Counted from the stretch's first letter, positions 31,986-41,616 are shown. The stretch is 64,000 nucleotides of DNA from Acidimicrobiales bacterium (GCA_035948855.1 DASZIT010000052.1:28560-92559), one strand, 5' to 3'. Notes: generated from the letters alone by a model not told the origin. Program-made: numbers and translations.

Positions 31986-32894
31986 TCAACCCTGGTGACC
32001 GATCGTCTCCAGGATGTTCAAGCTGTCACGGTAGAGAGCCTCCTGGGTCTCGACATCGTAGGAGGCCTCCGACGATCGAGCCGGCCGGGTCCCGGCGAAG
32101 TAGGCACCGGTCGTCTTCTCGAGATCAGGATCGGTGACCAGTCGGGCCAGGTTGACCCCCGACCGCTTCGGCGAGTTGACCCCGGGCAGCACCACCAGGG
32201 CTTTGGCCACCGTGGCAAAGAGAGCCCGCGACACCACTCCCGCGTCCCGAGCCAGTCCGGTGCCCGGCATCAAGCCCGGGTCGAAGGCGTTGACCGTCAC
32301 GCCGCGATCCTCGAGGTGACGGGCCAGCGCGTAGGTGGTGAGGACGTTGGCCAACTTCGAGGTGGTGTACCGACGCCGTCCGTCCTTGACGGCCGAGTCA
32401 CCCCCCACCTCGGTGGGTGGGTAGGCCAACTGGTAGGCGCTGGCCTCCAGCGGGTGAGGCATCCCGGTGCGGTTGGACGGATCGTGGGTACCTGACGAGA
32501 CGAACACGATCCGGGCCGGCGCTTCGAGGTAGGAGAGCAGCCCTTCCACCAGGGCGAGGTGCCCGAGATGATTGATGCCGAAGGTGGCTTCCACCCCGTC
32601 CTCGGTGCGGGCCCGATGGGTGAACTGCAGCCCGGCGTTGCACACCACCGCGTGAAGAGGCGCGAGTCCGGCGGTGGCCAATTCACGGGTGAAGGTGCGG
32701 ACCGAAGCCAAAGAGGCCAGGTCGAGGACCATCGGATGGGCGCCGATCGGTGCCGCGGCGGTTTGGACCCGGCCCGGATCCCGACTGGTGATGATCACCT
32801 GCAGCTCCGGATCGGTGGCCAGCGCGCGGGCGCACTCCCGTCCCAGCCCACTGGTCCCGCCGGTGATGATCACCGTGCTCTGGGCCGACGCCAT
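31986..32894 (-). CDS. SDR-family NAD(P)-dependent oxidoreductase
   Basis: VIITGGTSGLGRECA, CNAG and YTTSKLAN. Confidence 0.9.
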   Translation of the reverse strand: MASAQSTVIITGGTSGLGRECARALATDPELQVIITSRDPGRVQTAAAPIGAHPMVLDLASLASVRTFTRELATAGLAPLHAVVCNAGLQFTHRARTEDGVEATFGINHLGHLALVEGLLSYLEAPARIVFVSSGTHDPSNRTGMPHPLEASAYQLAYPPTEVGGDSAVKDGRRRYTTSKLANVLTTYALARHLEDRGVTVNAFDPGLMPGTGLARDAGVVSRALFATVAKALVVLPGVNSPKRSGVNLARLVTDPDLEKTTGAYFAGTRPARSSEASYDVETQEALYRDSLNILETIGHQG

Positions 32895-32973
32895 GTGTCC
32901 CAGCCTGCCACGACATTCCGCCGCCGGGTCGGGTGACTTGGTTTCGCCGGGTCGGTCGGGCCATGCTGGGGCG

Positions 32974-33339
32974 ATGTATGCCGGGCTTCATCACATGCAA
33001 CTGGCGATGCCGGCCGGTGGCGAGCCGACCGCTCGCCAGTTCTACCTCGACGTGCTCGGCCTGACCGAGGTGCCCAAGCCCCCGGTGCTGGCGGCCCGAG
33101 GTGGGGCCTGGTTCTCCAGCGGTGGCCTCGAGTTGCACCTCGGAGTCGAGAACGACTTCCGGCCGGCGAAGAAGGGACATCCCGGCATCCTGGTCGACGA
33201 CATCGAGGAGATCGTGCGCCGGTTGGCCGCCGCCGGCCAGGAGGCCACCTGGGACCGCGACTTCCCCGGTTTCCGGCGGGTCTACGCCGCCGACCCGTTC
33301 GGCAACCGGCTCGAGTTCCTGGAGCCGACCGACCCCTAA
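32974..33339 (+). CDS. VOC/glyoxalase-family protein
   Basis: LHHMQLAMPAGGEPTARQFYLDVLGL...GHPGILVDD...DPFGNRLEFLE. ATG at 32974. Confidence 0.8.
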   Translation: MYAGLHHMQLAMPAGGEPTARQFYLDVLGLTEVPKPPVLAARGGAWFSSGGLELHLGVENDFRPAKKGHPGILVDDIEEIVRRLAAAGQEATWDRDFPGFRRVYAADPFGNRLEFLEPTDP

Positions 33340-33446
33340 TCGGCTACCGGCAACAGTTACGCCGTTGGTGGGATCGAAGGATCCAGCCTGGGCTATGCGC
33401 CAGAGACTCCGGCTGGGTCGGCAAACGGGACAGGAGTCGTGTGCAG

Positions 33447-34259
33447 CTATTCGCGCCAAGAGACAACATAGGTATGGGTGGGCCCCGGCATTCCCTTGAG
33501 CGTGAGATCACCCATGTCGTCAAACCGGAACGGCTTGCCAATACACAGTTCACGGACGGCTACAGACACAGCTATGTCGCCGGAAGCTGCGGCCGCGCAC
33601 AACCGGGCGGCAAGTTGAACCGCCGCGCCGAACAGGTCGTTGTCGTCGTCAGTGACTGGCTCGCCCGCACTAATGCCGATGCTCACGTCGAGGGGTATGG
33701 TCGCATTTTGATTGCGTTCGAGAAGTCGCCGTTGTACCTCCACGGCGAAGGCGACGGCCGAAACGACTGAGGTGAAGGCGGCCATGATGCCGTCGCCGGT
33801 ATGTTTGACCTCACGACCTTCGTGGGTGACGAGTTCGCTACGAACGATCCTGTTGTGCTCTCCGAGCATTTGCATGTGGCCGTCATCGCCGAGCTGTTGC
33901 GTCTGGGCGACAGATCCGCACACATCAGTGAATACGATCGCTCGTAAGGCCGGCGCGGAGTACGCAGTGCCCACGGGATAATTGGGCAGCGATCCGAAGA
34001 AATTGTTCAGCGGCGCAGACTCGTCTAGCTCCAATATGGTGCTAGCCAACAGGCCGTGCGACTCTCGGTGCACAGTCTCTATGGCTTGTTTGCTCGGCCC
34101 TTCGGCCAGACAAAACACCGACCCGTTGTCGGGTTCAAACCAGTAGGTGTGATAGCGCACGCCATGCTTCTCTTGGATCGCCACATCAAGCCGGTGCGCG
34201 TTGGCCAACTCGTCAGGCGTAACTCCCGGGGCGTCGTGGCGATCGATGAACATCGGCAC
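33447..34259 (-). CDS. Fusion protein: N-terminal DUF4242 (SCO4226-like) domain plus class III adenylate/guanylate cyclase catalytic domain
   Basis: N-terminus: (M)PMFIDRHDAPGVTPDELANAHRLDVAIQEKHGVRYHTYWFEPDNGSVFCLAEGPSKQAIETVH. C-terminus: AIVFTDVCGS, EVKHTGDGIMAAF and GAAVQLAARL. GTG at 34259 or ATG at 34253 are the likely starts. Confidence 0.8.
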   Translation of the reverse strand: MPMFIDRHDAPGVTPDELANAHRLDVAIQEKHGVRYHTYWFEPDNGSVFCLAEGPSKQAIETVHRESHGLLASTILELDESAPLNNFFGSLPNYPVGTAYSAPALRAIVFTDVCGSVAQTQQLGDDGHMQMLGEHNRIVRSELVTHEGREVKHTGDGIMAAFTSVVSAVAFAVEVQRRLLERNQNATIPLDVSIGISAGEPVTDDDNDLFGAAVQLAARLCAAAASGDIAVSVAVRELCIGKPFRFDDMGDLTLKGMPGPTHTYVVSWRE

Positions 34260-34402
34260 ACGGTCAACGTACACCTCCTTCGCTCGCACCGCGCCGATTG
34301 GTTCGGCCCGGTGAAGACGCCGATGGCCGACGGATTGGTACGCGGCGCGACGGTGTCGATTAGGTAGGTCCGCGGATCAGCGTGGGTTTCTGTCACCGCG
34401 GG

Positions 34403-35977
34403 TCAGAACCGGTTGAGACGCTTGTGGATCCCCTTCGTCCGTTTGTAGAGGGTGACGAATTCCTTGTAGAGATGGTCATAGACAGGGGCGGTCGCCGGAT
34501 CCGGGGTGAAGGTGCGGCGGACCGCGACCATGGTCGGGATCTGATCGACGGAGATGCGCCCGAGGGCCAACAGGGTGACCAGGGCGGCCCCTCGAACATT
34601 GGCCAGGACCGGATCTTCGACCTGGCGGATCTCCCGACCGAGCACATCGGCATGGATCTGGCACCACTGGTCGGAGTTGGCTCCACCTCCGATGAAGGCC
34701 ATCGAATCGAAGGTGCGGCCGGCAAACCGCTCCACCGCATCCAAGAGCCACTTGGAGTTGAAGGCCACCCCCTCGAATACGGCTCGGACCATCTCGGCCG
34801 ACGACGTCGACAGCGAGAGATTGTGAAATCCGCCGCGGATGGTGTGGTCGTCGACCGGCGTCCGCTCCCCGTTCAACCAGGGGGTGAACAGCACCCGCCC
34901 ACTCCCCGGCGCCACCGAGTCGACCATCTCGTTCATCGCTTCGAAATTGTCGGCCAGGCCCAGGGTGTCGCGGAGGAAGGTGAGGCAGGCTCCCGCCGTT
35001 TCATGCTCATTGACGACGATGTATTTACCCGCCAGGGCCGCGGGGATGGAGGCCACATTGGTGGTGATCGATGTCTTCTTGAAAGGCACGTGGGTCGAGA
35101 TCCACGATGACGTCCCGATGTAGAGGTGGGCGGAGAAGTCGGCCACCGATCCGGACCCGAACACCGCCGAGTGCACATCGCCGGTGCCGACCGCCACCGG
35201 TATCCCTGCCGGGAGCCCGAGGTCATCCGCCGCCCCGGCGGTGAGCGGGCCGACAATGCTCCCCGGCGCCACCAGGTCGGGAAGCTTGGCCCGGTCGAGC
35301 CCGGTGATGGCCAGCAGACGGTCGTCGTAGTCCACCCGGTCGATCCTCCGGTTGTCGGTAACCCAGTGGGCGGCGATTGAGTCGAAGGAGGCACGGGTGC
35401 GGCCGGTGAGCTTGAGATTCAGGTAGTCGACCGGCTCCAGAAAGGTGGCGGTGTCCCGGTAGATCTCCGGGAACTGATCACGGATGAACAGGATGTGCGC
35501 CACCGGGTCCTTGCCCGAGAGGCCCGGCGCCCCGCCGGTGACCCGCACCCACCGAAGGATCTTGCGGGGGTCGTAGCCGAGCAAATTCACCGGGCCGCGG
35601 GCCGCAGCCCGGATGGCCCGGTTCCCCCGGGAGTCCATCCAGATGATCGCCCGCATCAACGGGTTTCCGTCAGCTCCGACCGCCACCGTGCCCGACCATT
35701 GCGACGTGCACCCGACCCCGATGAAGGCCTCAGGAGGGATGGAGGCGCCGGCCACCGCGTCGCGAGCCGCCGAGCAGATGGCCGACCACCAATCGTCCGG
35801 ATCCTGTTCGGCGCCGCCGCCGTCGAGCAGATGGAGCGGGACCGGGGCGAACCCATGGGCCGCGATCCTCCCGGTGGTGGACACCACCGCCACTTTCGGG
35901 CCTCCGGTCCCGAGGTCGACGGCCAGCACGTACTCCTCGGCGGTCACCGCACCTTCCGGCCCCCCGTCAGCTGTCAC
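34403..35977 (-). CDS. FGGY-family carbohydrate kinase
   Basis: YVLAVDLGTGGPKVAVV, AVGTGDVHSA and FIGGGANSDQWCQ. The GTG start overlaps the ileS stop (GTGA). Confidence 0.88.
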   Translation of the reverse strand: MTADGGPEGAVTAEEYVLAVDLGTGGPKVAVVSTTGRIAAHGFAPVPLHLLDGGGAEQDPDDWWSAICSAARDAVAGASIPPEAFIGVGCTSQWSGTVAVGADGNPLMRAIIWMDSRGNRAIRAAARGPVNLLGYDPRKILRWVRVTGGAPGLSGKDPVAHILFIRDQFPEIYRDTATFLEPVDYLNLKLTGRTRASFDSIAAHWVTDNRRIDRVDYDDRLLAITGLDRAKLPDLVAPGSIVGPLTAGAADDLGLPAGIPVAVGTGDVHSAVFGSGSVADFSAHLYIGTSSWISTHVPFKKTSITTNVASIPAALAGKYIVVNEHETAGACLTFLRDTLGLADNFEAMNEMVDSVAPGSGRVLFTPWLNGERTPVDDHTIRGGFHNLSLSTSSAEMVRAVFEGVAFNSKWLLDAVERFAGRTFDSMAFIGGGANSDQWCQIHADVLGREIRQVEDPVLANVRGAALVTLLALGRISVDQIPTMVAVRRTFTPDPATAPVYDHLYKEFVTLYKRTKGIHKRLNRF

Positions 35978-38900
35978 GCCTTGCGGATCCAGATCGTCGC
36001 CTGTCGCAGTGTCCCCCCGTCGTCGAACTCGAAGGGGGTCCCCTCTCCGGCGCCGTCGCCCTCCTCGGGTGGCGTGGCCACCACCGTGCGGGCCAGCACC
36101 TCGCGGCCGATCAGCTCGAACCGCGGAGCCAGGTCGTCGAGTCCGACCAGATGGAGATGGATCCAGTCCGACACCTCCAGGCCCGAGGCCTTACGGAGGT
36201 CCTGCACGTTGCGGATCACCTCCCGGGCCAGTCCCCGCCGGCGGAGGTCGTCGTCCAAGGTGAGGTCGAGGGCCACCACCTCGGCGCCGTCCCGCGACAC
36301 CGCGAACCCGGTTTGTGCCCGGACCCGCAGCTCCACCTCGTCCCCGGTCAACTCCACCGCGCCGTCGTCCAGCGCCACCACCACCGGTCGTCCCTCGGCC
36401 AGATCGTCGGCGGCGGCGGCGCCGTCGACCGAAGCCATAGCCGTCCGCAGCTGTTGCACCTTCGAGCCGAGGCGCGGTCCCAGCAGCTTGAAGTTGGGGA
36501 CCAACTCGTAGGCCAGCACGTCACCCAGCTCGCCGATGGGCTCCACCCGGTCGACGTTCAACTCGTCCTCGACGATCCCGTCCGGCAGCGTCGGGCTGTT
36601 GGGTGGCAGGTAGACGAGGGCGCGGGCCAGAGGCTGCCGCACCTTTATCTCCGCCTCCGCCCGGGCGGCCCGGCCCAGTGACGACAACCGGCGGGCCAGG
36701 GCCATGCCGGCCTCGAGCCCGTCGTCGACGGCATCCGGCTGTTCGCGGGGCCAGTCGGCCAGATGGACCGAGTCGTCCTCCGACGCCCCGGTCAGGTCCC
36801 GCCACATCCGATCAGCCACGAACGGGCACATCGGGGCGAGCAGCCGGCCCACGGTGACCAGCGCCTCGTAGAGGGTCGCCTGGGCCCCCAGCGAGTCGGC
36901 CGGATCGGCGTCCGGATCGGTGCGCCAAAAGCGTCGGCGACTACGACGGACGTACCAGTTGGAGATGTCGTCGACCAGTTCGGCGATGGCGGTGGCCGCC
37001 GGGAACGGCTCGTACCCGTCCAGCGACGTGGTGACGGTGGCCACCGTGGCGTAGAGGCGCGATCGCATCCACCGGTCGAGGACCGACCGGTCCTCGGGCC
37101 GGGGGATGGCCGGATCGGCGGGGTCGAACTCGTTGAGGGACGCGTAAGTGGTGAAGAACGACCAGGTGTTCCACAAGGTGAGGAGGGTGTCCCGCATGGC
37201 GGCATCGATCGCCTCGAAGCTGACCCGGGTCGGTGTCCACGGGGAGCCCTGGGAGAACATCCACCACCGGAGTGGGTCGGCCCCCCGGGTGTCGAGGATC
37301 TCCCAGGGATCGGTGACGTTGCCGAGGCTCTTGGACATCTTCCGGCCGTCGGCGTCCACCAGGTGGCCGAGGCACAGCACGTTCCGGTAGGGCGTCGAGC
37401 CCCGCACCAGGGTGTTGACCGCCAACAGGGAGTAGAACCAACCCCGGGTCTGGTCGATGGCCTCGCAGATGAAATCGGCCGGGTAGACGAAGTGCTCCTC
37501 CGACCCCGGAGCCACCGGGTAGCCCCACTGGCCCGACGGCATCGATCCCGAGTCGAACCAGGCGTCGATCACCGGCTCCACCCTCCGCATCTCCGACGAT
37601 GACTCCTGGGTGTCGACGGCGCAGTCCGGGCAGGGGAACACGATCTCATCGATCGCCGGGCGATGCGGGTCGATGTCGGTGACATCCCGGCCAACCAACT
37701 CGGAGAGCTCGGACAGCGATCCGACACAGCGCAGATGGGCCTGGTCGCACCGCCAGACCGGCAGCGGCGTACCCCAGAACCGGTCACGGGAGAGGGCCCA
37801 GTCGACATTGTTGGACAACCACTCCCCCATCCGACCGTCGCGGATGTGCTCGGGATGCCAGCCGATGGTCTGGTTCTCGGCCACCAACTCCGGCTTCCGG
37901 GCCGAGGTGCGGACGTACCAGCTCGGCTTTCCCCAGTAGATGAGCGGGGTCGCGCAACGCCAGCAATGAGGATAGGAGTGCCGGTGCGGTTCACGGCGGA
38001 AGAGGAGTCCGGCTGCCTCCAGCCGGTCGTTGATCGCTGGGTTGGTCTCTCGCACCAGTTGGCCGTGAAGCCAGGGCACCTGGGTGAAGGTCCCGTCCGG
38101 TCCCACCGGGTTGAGGGTGGGCAGTCCCTGCTGGCGGCCCACCTGCCGGTCGATCTCACCGAAGGCCGGAGCCAGATGCACGATCCCGGTCCCCTCGTCG
38201 GCTTCGACGAACTCACCGGGCACCACCCGCCACCCGTCGCCGTCATCCCCGGGAGGAACGTCGACATCGTCGAACGGCCGAACATAGCGGAGCCCGACCA
38301 GGTCCCGGCCCGCGACCCGGTGATCGGCGGACGCGCCTTCGCCGAATACCGGTTCGATCAGGTCGGCAGCCATGATGGCGTCGCCGACCACCGCGTACTC
38401 GAGGTCGGGTCCGACGGCGGCGCCGGTATTGGAGAGCAATGTCCACGGGGTGGTGGTCCACACCAGCAGCGACAAGCCGGTGAGGGTCGTCATGCCCAAC
38501 GACGCCCGAAGGGCGGCGGCAGCCTCGCCTTCGTCGGTCAGCGGGAGCCGGACATAGGCCGATTCGTCGACCACGTCCCGGTAGACATCGGGCTGGCCGA
38601 GTTCGTGGCTGCTGAGGGCCGTCCCGCACCGCGTGCAGTAGGGCACCACCTTGATGTCCTCGTAGAGCAGGCCCTGGTCCCAGATCGACTTGAGGTTCCA
38701 CCACACCGACTCCACGAACTCGGACGAGAAGGTCCAGTAGGCGTCGTCGATGTCGAGCCAGTACCCGATGCGCCCAGTGAGGGTCTTCCATTCGTCGACG
38801 TAGTTGCGCACCGACTGCCGGCACAGCCGGGTGAACTCGGCGATGCCGACCTCTTCTTCGATCTGGCGCTTGGCGGTGATGCCGAGTTGCTTCTCCACCT

Positions 38901-39183
38901 CGACCTCGACCGGCAGCCCATGGGTGTCCCATCCGGCCTTCCGGGGGACGGCGTACCCCCGCATGGTCCGGTAGCGGCAGAACAGATCCTTGTAGGCCCG
39001 GGCCCAGACGTGGTGGAGCCCGGGACGCCCGTTGGCGGTCGGCGGACCTTCGTAGAAGACCCAGGGCTCGGCCCCCTCCCGCAGCTCCACCGACCGCTCG
39101 AAGACGCGGTGCTTCTCCCATCGGGCCAGCTCTTCGGCCTCGAGGGCGGTGAAATCGGCGTCGGTGGGGACCGGGCGGAACAA
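35974..39183 (-). CDS. ileS: Isoleucine--tRNA ligase (type 2)
   Basis: FYEGPPTANGRPGLHHVWARAYKD, KMSKSLGNV and WTTTPWTL. 1069 aa. TTG start preceded by AGGGAG. Confidence 0.95.
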   Translation of the reverse strand: MFRPVPTDADFTALEAEELARWEKHRVFERSVELREGAEPWVFYEGPPTANGRPGLHHVWARAYKDLFCRYRTMRGYAVPRKAGWDTHGLPVEVEVEKQLGITAKRQIEEEVGIAEFTRLCRQSVRNYVDEWKTLTGRIGYWLDIDDAYWTFSSEFVESVWWNLKSIWDQGLLYEDIKVVPYCTRCGTALSSHELGQPDVYRDVVDESAYVRLPLTDEGEAAAALRASLGMTTLTGLSLLVWTTTPWTLLSNTGAAVGPDLEYAVVGDAIMAADLIEPVFGEGASADHRVAGRDLVGLRYVRPFDDVDVPPGDDGDGWRVVPGEFVEADEGTGIVHLAPAFGEIDRQVGRQQGLPTLNPVGPDGTFTQVPWLHGQLVRETNPAINDRLEAAGLLFRREPHRHSYPHCWRCATPLIYWGKPSWYVRTSARKPELVAENQTIGWHPEHIRDGRMGEWLSNNVDWALSRDRFWGTPLPVWRCDQAHLRCVGSLSELSELVGRDVTDIDPHRPAIDEIVFPCPDCAVDTQESSSEMRRVEPVIDAWFDSGSMPSGQWGYPVAPGSEEHFVYPADFICEAIDQTRGWFYSLLAVNTLVRGSTPYRNVLCLGHLVDADGRKMSKSLGNVTDPWEILDTRGADPLRWWMFSQGSPWTPTRVSFEAIDAAMRDTLLTLWNTWSFFTTYASLNEFDPADPAIPRPEDRSVLDRWMRSRLYATVATVTTSLDGYEPFPAATAIAELVDDISNWYVRRSRRRFWRTDPDADPADSLGAQATLYEALVTVGRLLAPMCPFVADRMWRDLTGASEDDSVHLADWPREQPDAVDDGLEAGMALARRLSSLGRAARAEAEIKVRQPLARALVYLPPNSPTLPDGIVEDELNVDRVEPIGELGDVLAYELVPNFKLLGPRLGSKVQQLRTAMASVDGAAAADDLAEGRPVVVALDDGAVELTGDEVELRVRAQTGFAVSRDGAEVVALDLTLDDDLRRRGLAREVIRNVQDLRKASGLEVSDWIHLHLVGLDDLAPRFELIGREVLARTVVATPPEEGDGAGEGTPFEFDDGGTLRQATIWIRKA

Positions 39184-39259
39184 CGGTGACTCCCTCTGGG
39201 TGGGGACGGGTGCGGGCGAGGATCAGATACTAAGGGCGCATAGACTCCGCATCGGACCT

Positions 39260-40120
39260 GTGCCCGAGCTCCCCGAGGTAGAAGCCCTGACATCCTTGCT
39301 GGCCGAACGGATGGCCGGCCGGCAGATCGCTCGTTGCGAGCTGGGGTCGTTCTCCGCCCTGAAGACGGTCGACCCCGCGCTCGGTCAGCTGATCGGTCGG
39401 TCGGCGAACGGGTGTGTGCGCCGGGGAAAGTACGTCTGTTTCGACCTGGACGGTATCTGGCTGGTGATCCATCTGGCCCGGGCCGGATGGATCCGCTGGT
39501 ACGACAAGCTCCCGACCGCCACCGCCCGGCCCAGCAAGGCGCCATTGGCCCTCCGGGTGGGACTCGACGACGGGTCGGGCTTCGATGTCACCGAGATGGG
39601 CACCGAGAAGCGTCTGGCCCTGTGGGTGGTGACCTCGCTCGACCAGGTCGAAGGCGTCGCCGGTCTCGGGGTCGACCCGTTGAGCCCGGAGTTCACCGTC
39701 GCCGAGCTGGCCCGGATCCTGGGCGGGGCGTCGGCCAACATCAAGACCGCTCTCACCAGCCAATCGCTCATCGCCGGCGTGGGCAACGCCTACTCGGACG
39801 AAGCCTTGCATGCCGCCCACCTCTCCCCCTACAAGTCGGCGGCGAAGCTCTCCCCGGCCGAAACCGAGAGCCTGCATGGCGCGCTGGTCAGCGTGCTCAG
39901 CGAGGCGGTGGCCAGATCCGGAGGGCTGGCGGCCGCCGACTTGAAGGGCGACAAGAAACGGGCCATGCAGGTCCACGGGAGAACCGGGGAGGACTGCCCG
40001 GTCTGCGGTGACACCATCCGCCAGGTGTCGTTCGCCACCAAGTCGATGCAATACTGCCCCACCTGCCAGACCGGCGGCCGCCCGCTGGCCGACCGCCGGA
40101 TGTCCAAGCTGCTCAAGTGA
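39260..40120 (+). CDS. Fpg/Nei-family DNA glycosylase/AP lyase
   Basis: N-terminus (V)PELPEVE, H2TH region IKTALTSQSLIAGVGNAYSDE, and C-terminal zinc finger CPVCGDTI...YCPTCQ. GTG at 39260. Confidence 0.88.
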   Translation: MPELPEVEALTSLLAERMAGRQIARCELGSFSALKTVDPALGQLIGRSANGCVRRGKYVCFDLDGIWLVIHLARAGWIRWYDKLPTATARPSKAPLALRVGLDDGSGFDVTEMGTEKRLALWVVTSLDQVEGVAGLGVDPLSPEFTVAELARILGGASANIKTALTSQSLIAGVGNAYSDEALHAAHLSPYKSAAKLSPAETESLHGALVSVLSEAVARSGGLAAADLKGDKKRAMQVHGRTGEDCPVCGDTIRQVSFATKSMQYCPTCQTGGRPLADRRMSKLLK

Positions 40121-40139
40121 CCGGTGACCATGGCCCGAG

Positions 40140-41087
40140 GTGACAGTGCACATTGACCCCTTCATCGTCCTCGGCAGCGCGGTGGTCGGCTTCCTGGTCG
40201 GGATGACCGGCGCCGGGGGCGGCGCCCTGATGACCCCGATGCTCATCCTCCTCTTCGGGGTCAAGCCCTCGACCGCCATCTCCAGTGACCTGGTGGCGGC
40301 GGTGCTGATGCGGCCCTTCGGCGCCGCCGTCCACCTGCGCAATGGGACCGTGAACCTCGCCCTGGTCGGTTGGATGGTGTTGGGCTCGGTGCCGATGGCG
40401 TTCTTCGGGACCTTCTTGCTGCACGAGATGGGCAACAGCCCGTCGGCGGAGAAGAATGTCCAAACTGCCTTGGGTGCCGCCCTCCTGGTGGGTGCGGCGG
40501 CCATGGCCCTGCGCTACCTCCTCGACCGTCGGGCCGGACAGGTCGAGAAGGTCGTGGTCCATCACCTGAAGATCCGGCCGCTGCCCTCCGTGTTGATCGG
40601 CATGGTCGGCGGGATCATCGTCGGCATCACCTCGGTGGGCTCCGGCTCCCTGATGATCGTCTTCCTGTTGTTCCTCTACCCGATGTTGAGCGCCAAGCAG
40701 TTGGTGGGCACCGATCTCACCCAGGCCGTGCCGCTGACCCTCGCCGCCGCCCTGGGTGCGCTGGTCTTCGGTCATGTGGAGTTCCCGGTCACCGCCTCGC
40801 TGGCCATCGGCAGCATCCCGGCGGTGATCGTCGGATCATTCCTCTCCTCCCGTGCCCCCGACCGCTACATCCGACCGCTGATCACCTTCGTCGTGCTCGC
40901 CTCCGGGCTCAAGTATGCGGGGGTCAGCACCACGGCTCTGGGTTGGATCCTGTGCGGGATCCTGCTCGCCGCCGGCGGTGTCTGGCTGGTCCAGACCCGG
41001 CCATGGCAGAACCAGGGCGACCAAACCGAGGGGATCGCCGGGGATGGCTCGGAGCCGACGGTCTCCCGCGGCGGAGGCTACGACTAG
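40140..41087 (+). CDS. TauE/SafE-family sulfite/anion exporter
   Basis: Polytopic membrane protein. FLVGMTGAGGGALMTPMLILLFG and GIIVGITSVGSGSLM form the internal repeat typical of TauE. Confidence 0.85.
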   Translation: MTVHIDPFIVLGSAVVGFLVGMTGAGGGALMTPMLILLFGVKPSTAISSDLVAAVLMRPFGAAVHLRNGTVNLALVGWMVLGSVPMAFFGTFLLHEMGNSPSAEKNVQTALGAALLVGAAAMALRYLLDRRAGQVEKVVVHHLKIRPLPSVLIGMVGGIIVGITSVGSGSLMIVFLLFLYPMLSAKQLVGTDLTQAVPLTLAAALGALVFGHVEFPVTASLAIGSIPAVIVGSFLSSRAPDRYIRPLITFVVLASGLKYAGVSTTALGWILCGILLAAGGVWLVQTRPWQNQGDQTEGIAGDGSEPTVSRGGGYD

Positions 41088-41126
41088 GGGGTCTCGACCT
41101 CCGGCGGCCATGGCAGACTCCTAGGC

Positions 41127-41582
41127 GTGTACATCTCCGCCAAGGTCGACTACGCGGTTCGGGCGATGTGCGGGGTGGCCGCCGCCGGCGATCACCCGGT
41201 GACCGCCGAGGCGTTGGCCGTCGCCCAGGGCCTGCCGCCCAAATTTCTCGAGAGCATCCTCAACGACCTCCGGAGAGCCGGCCTCCTCCGCAGCCAGCGC
41301 GGCGCCGACGGCGGGTACCGGCTGGCCCGGGCGGCAAAGGAGATCACCGTGGCCGACATCATCCGGCCGCTCGACGGCCCTTTGGCTGAAGTGCGCGGCT
41401 TGCGTCCGGAAGCCGCCAAGTACGAGGGAGCCGCTGCCCACCTCCAAGATGTCTGGGTGGCGGTGAGGTCGAGCCTGCGCTCGGTCCTCGAGGTGGTCAC
41501 CTTGGCCGACATCGTGGCCGGAAAGCTCCCTGCCTCGGTGGTCAAGCTCACCAACCGACCCGATGCCTGGGTGTCTCACTGA
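41127..41582 (+). CDS. Rrf2-family transcriptional regulator (no Fe-S cysteine triad)
   Basis: MYISAKVDYAVRAMCGVA...LPPKFLESILNDLRRAGLLRSQRGADGGYRLAR. It has only one Cys (C15). The usual three-Cys cluster site near residues 90-110 is absent. Confidence 0.88.
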   Translation: MYISAKVDYAVRAMCGVAAAGDHPVTAEALAVAQGLPPKFLESILNDLRRAGLLRSQRGADGGYRLARAAKEITVADIIRPLDGPLAEVRGLRPEAAKYEGAAAHLQDVWVAVRSSLRSVLEVVTLADIVAGKLPASVVKLTNRPDAWVSH

Positions 41583-41616
41583 GGATCGCGGTCAATCGCG
41601 GCTCAACCCGACCCGC

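Noticed and set aside
39184-39400. T-box riboswitch upstream of ileS
   Set aside because: I looked for the conserved T-box core and a specifier loop on the minus strand and found none. The space before the divergent fpg gene is only about 76 nt. A covariance-model scan is needed to be definitive.
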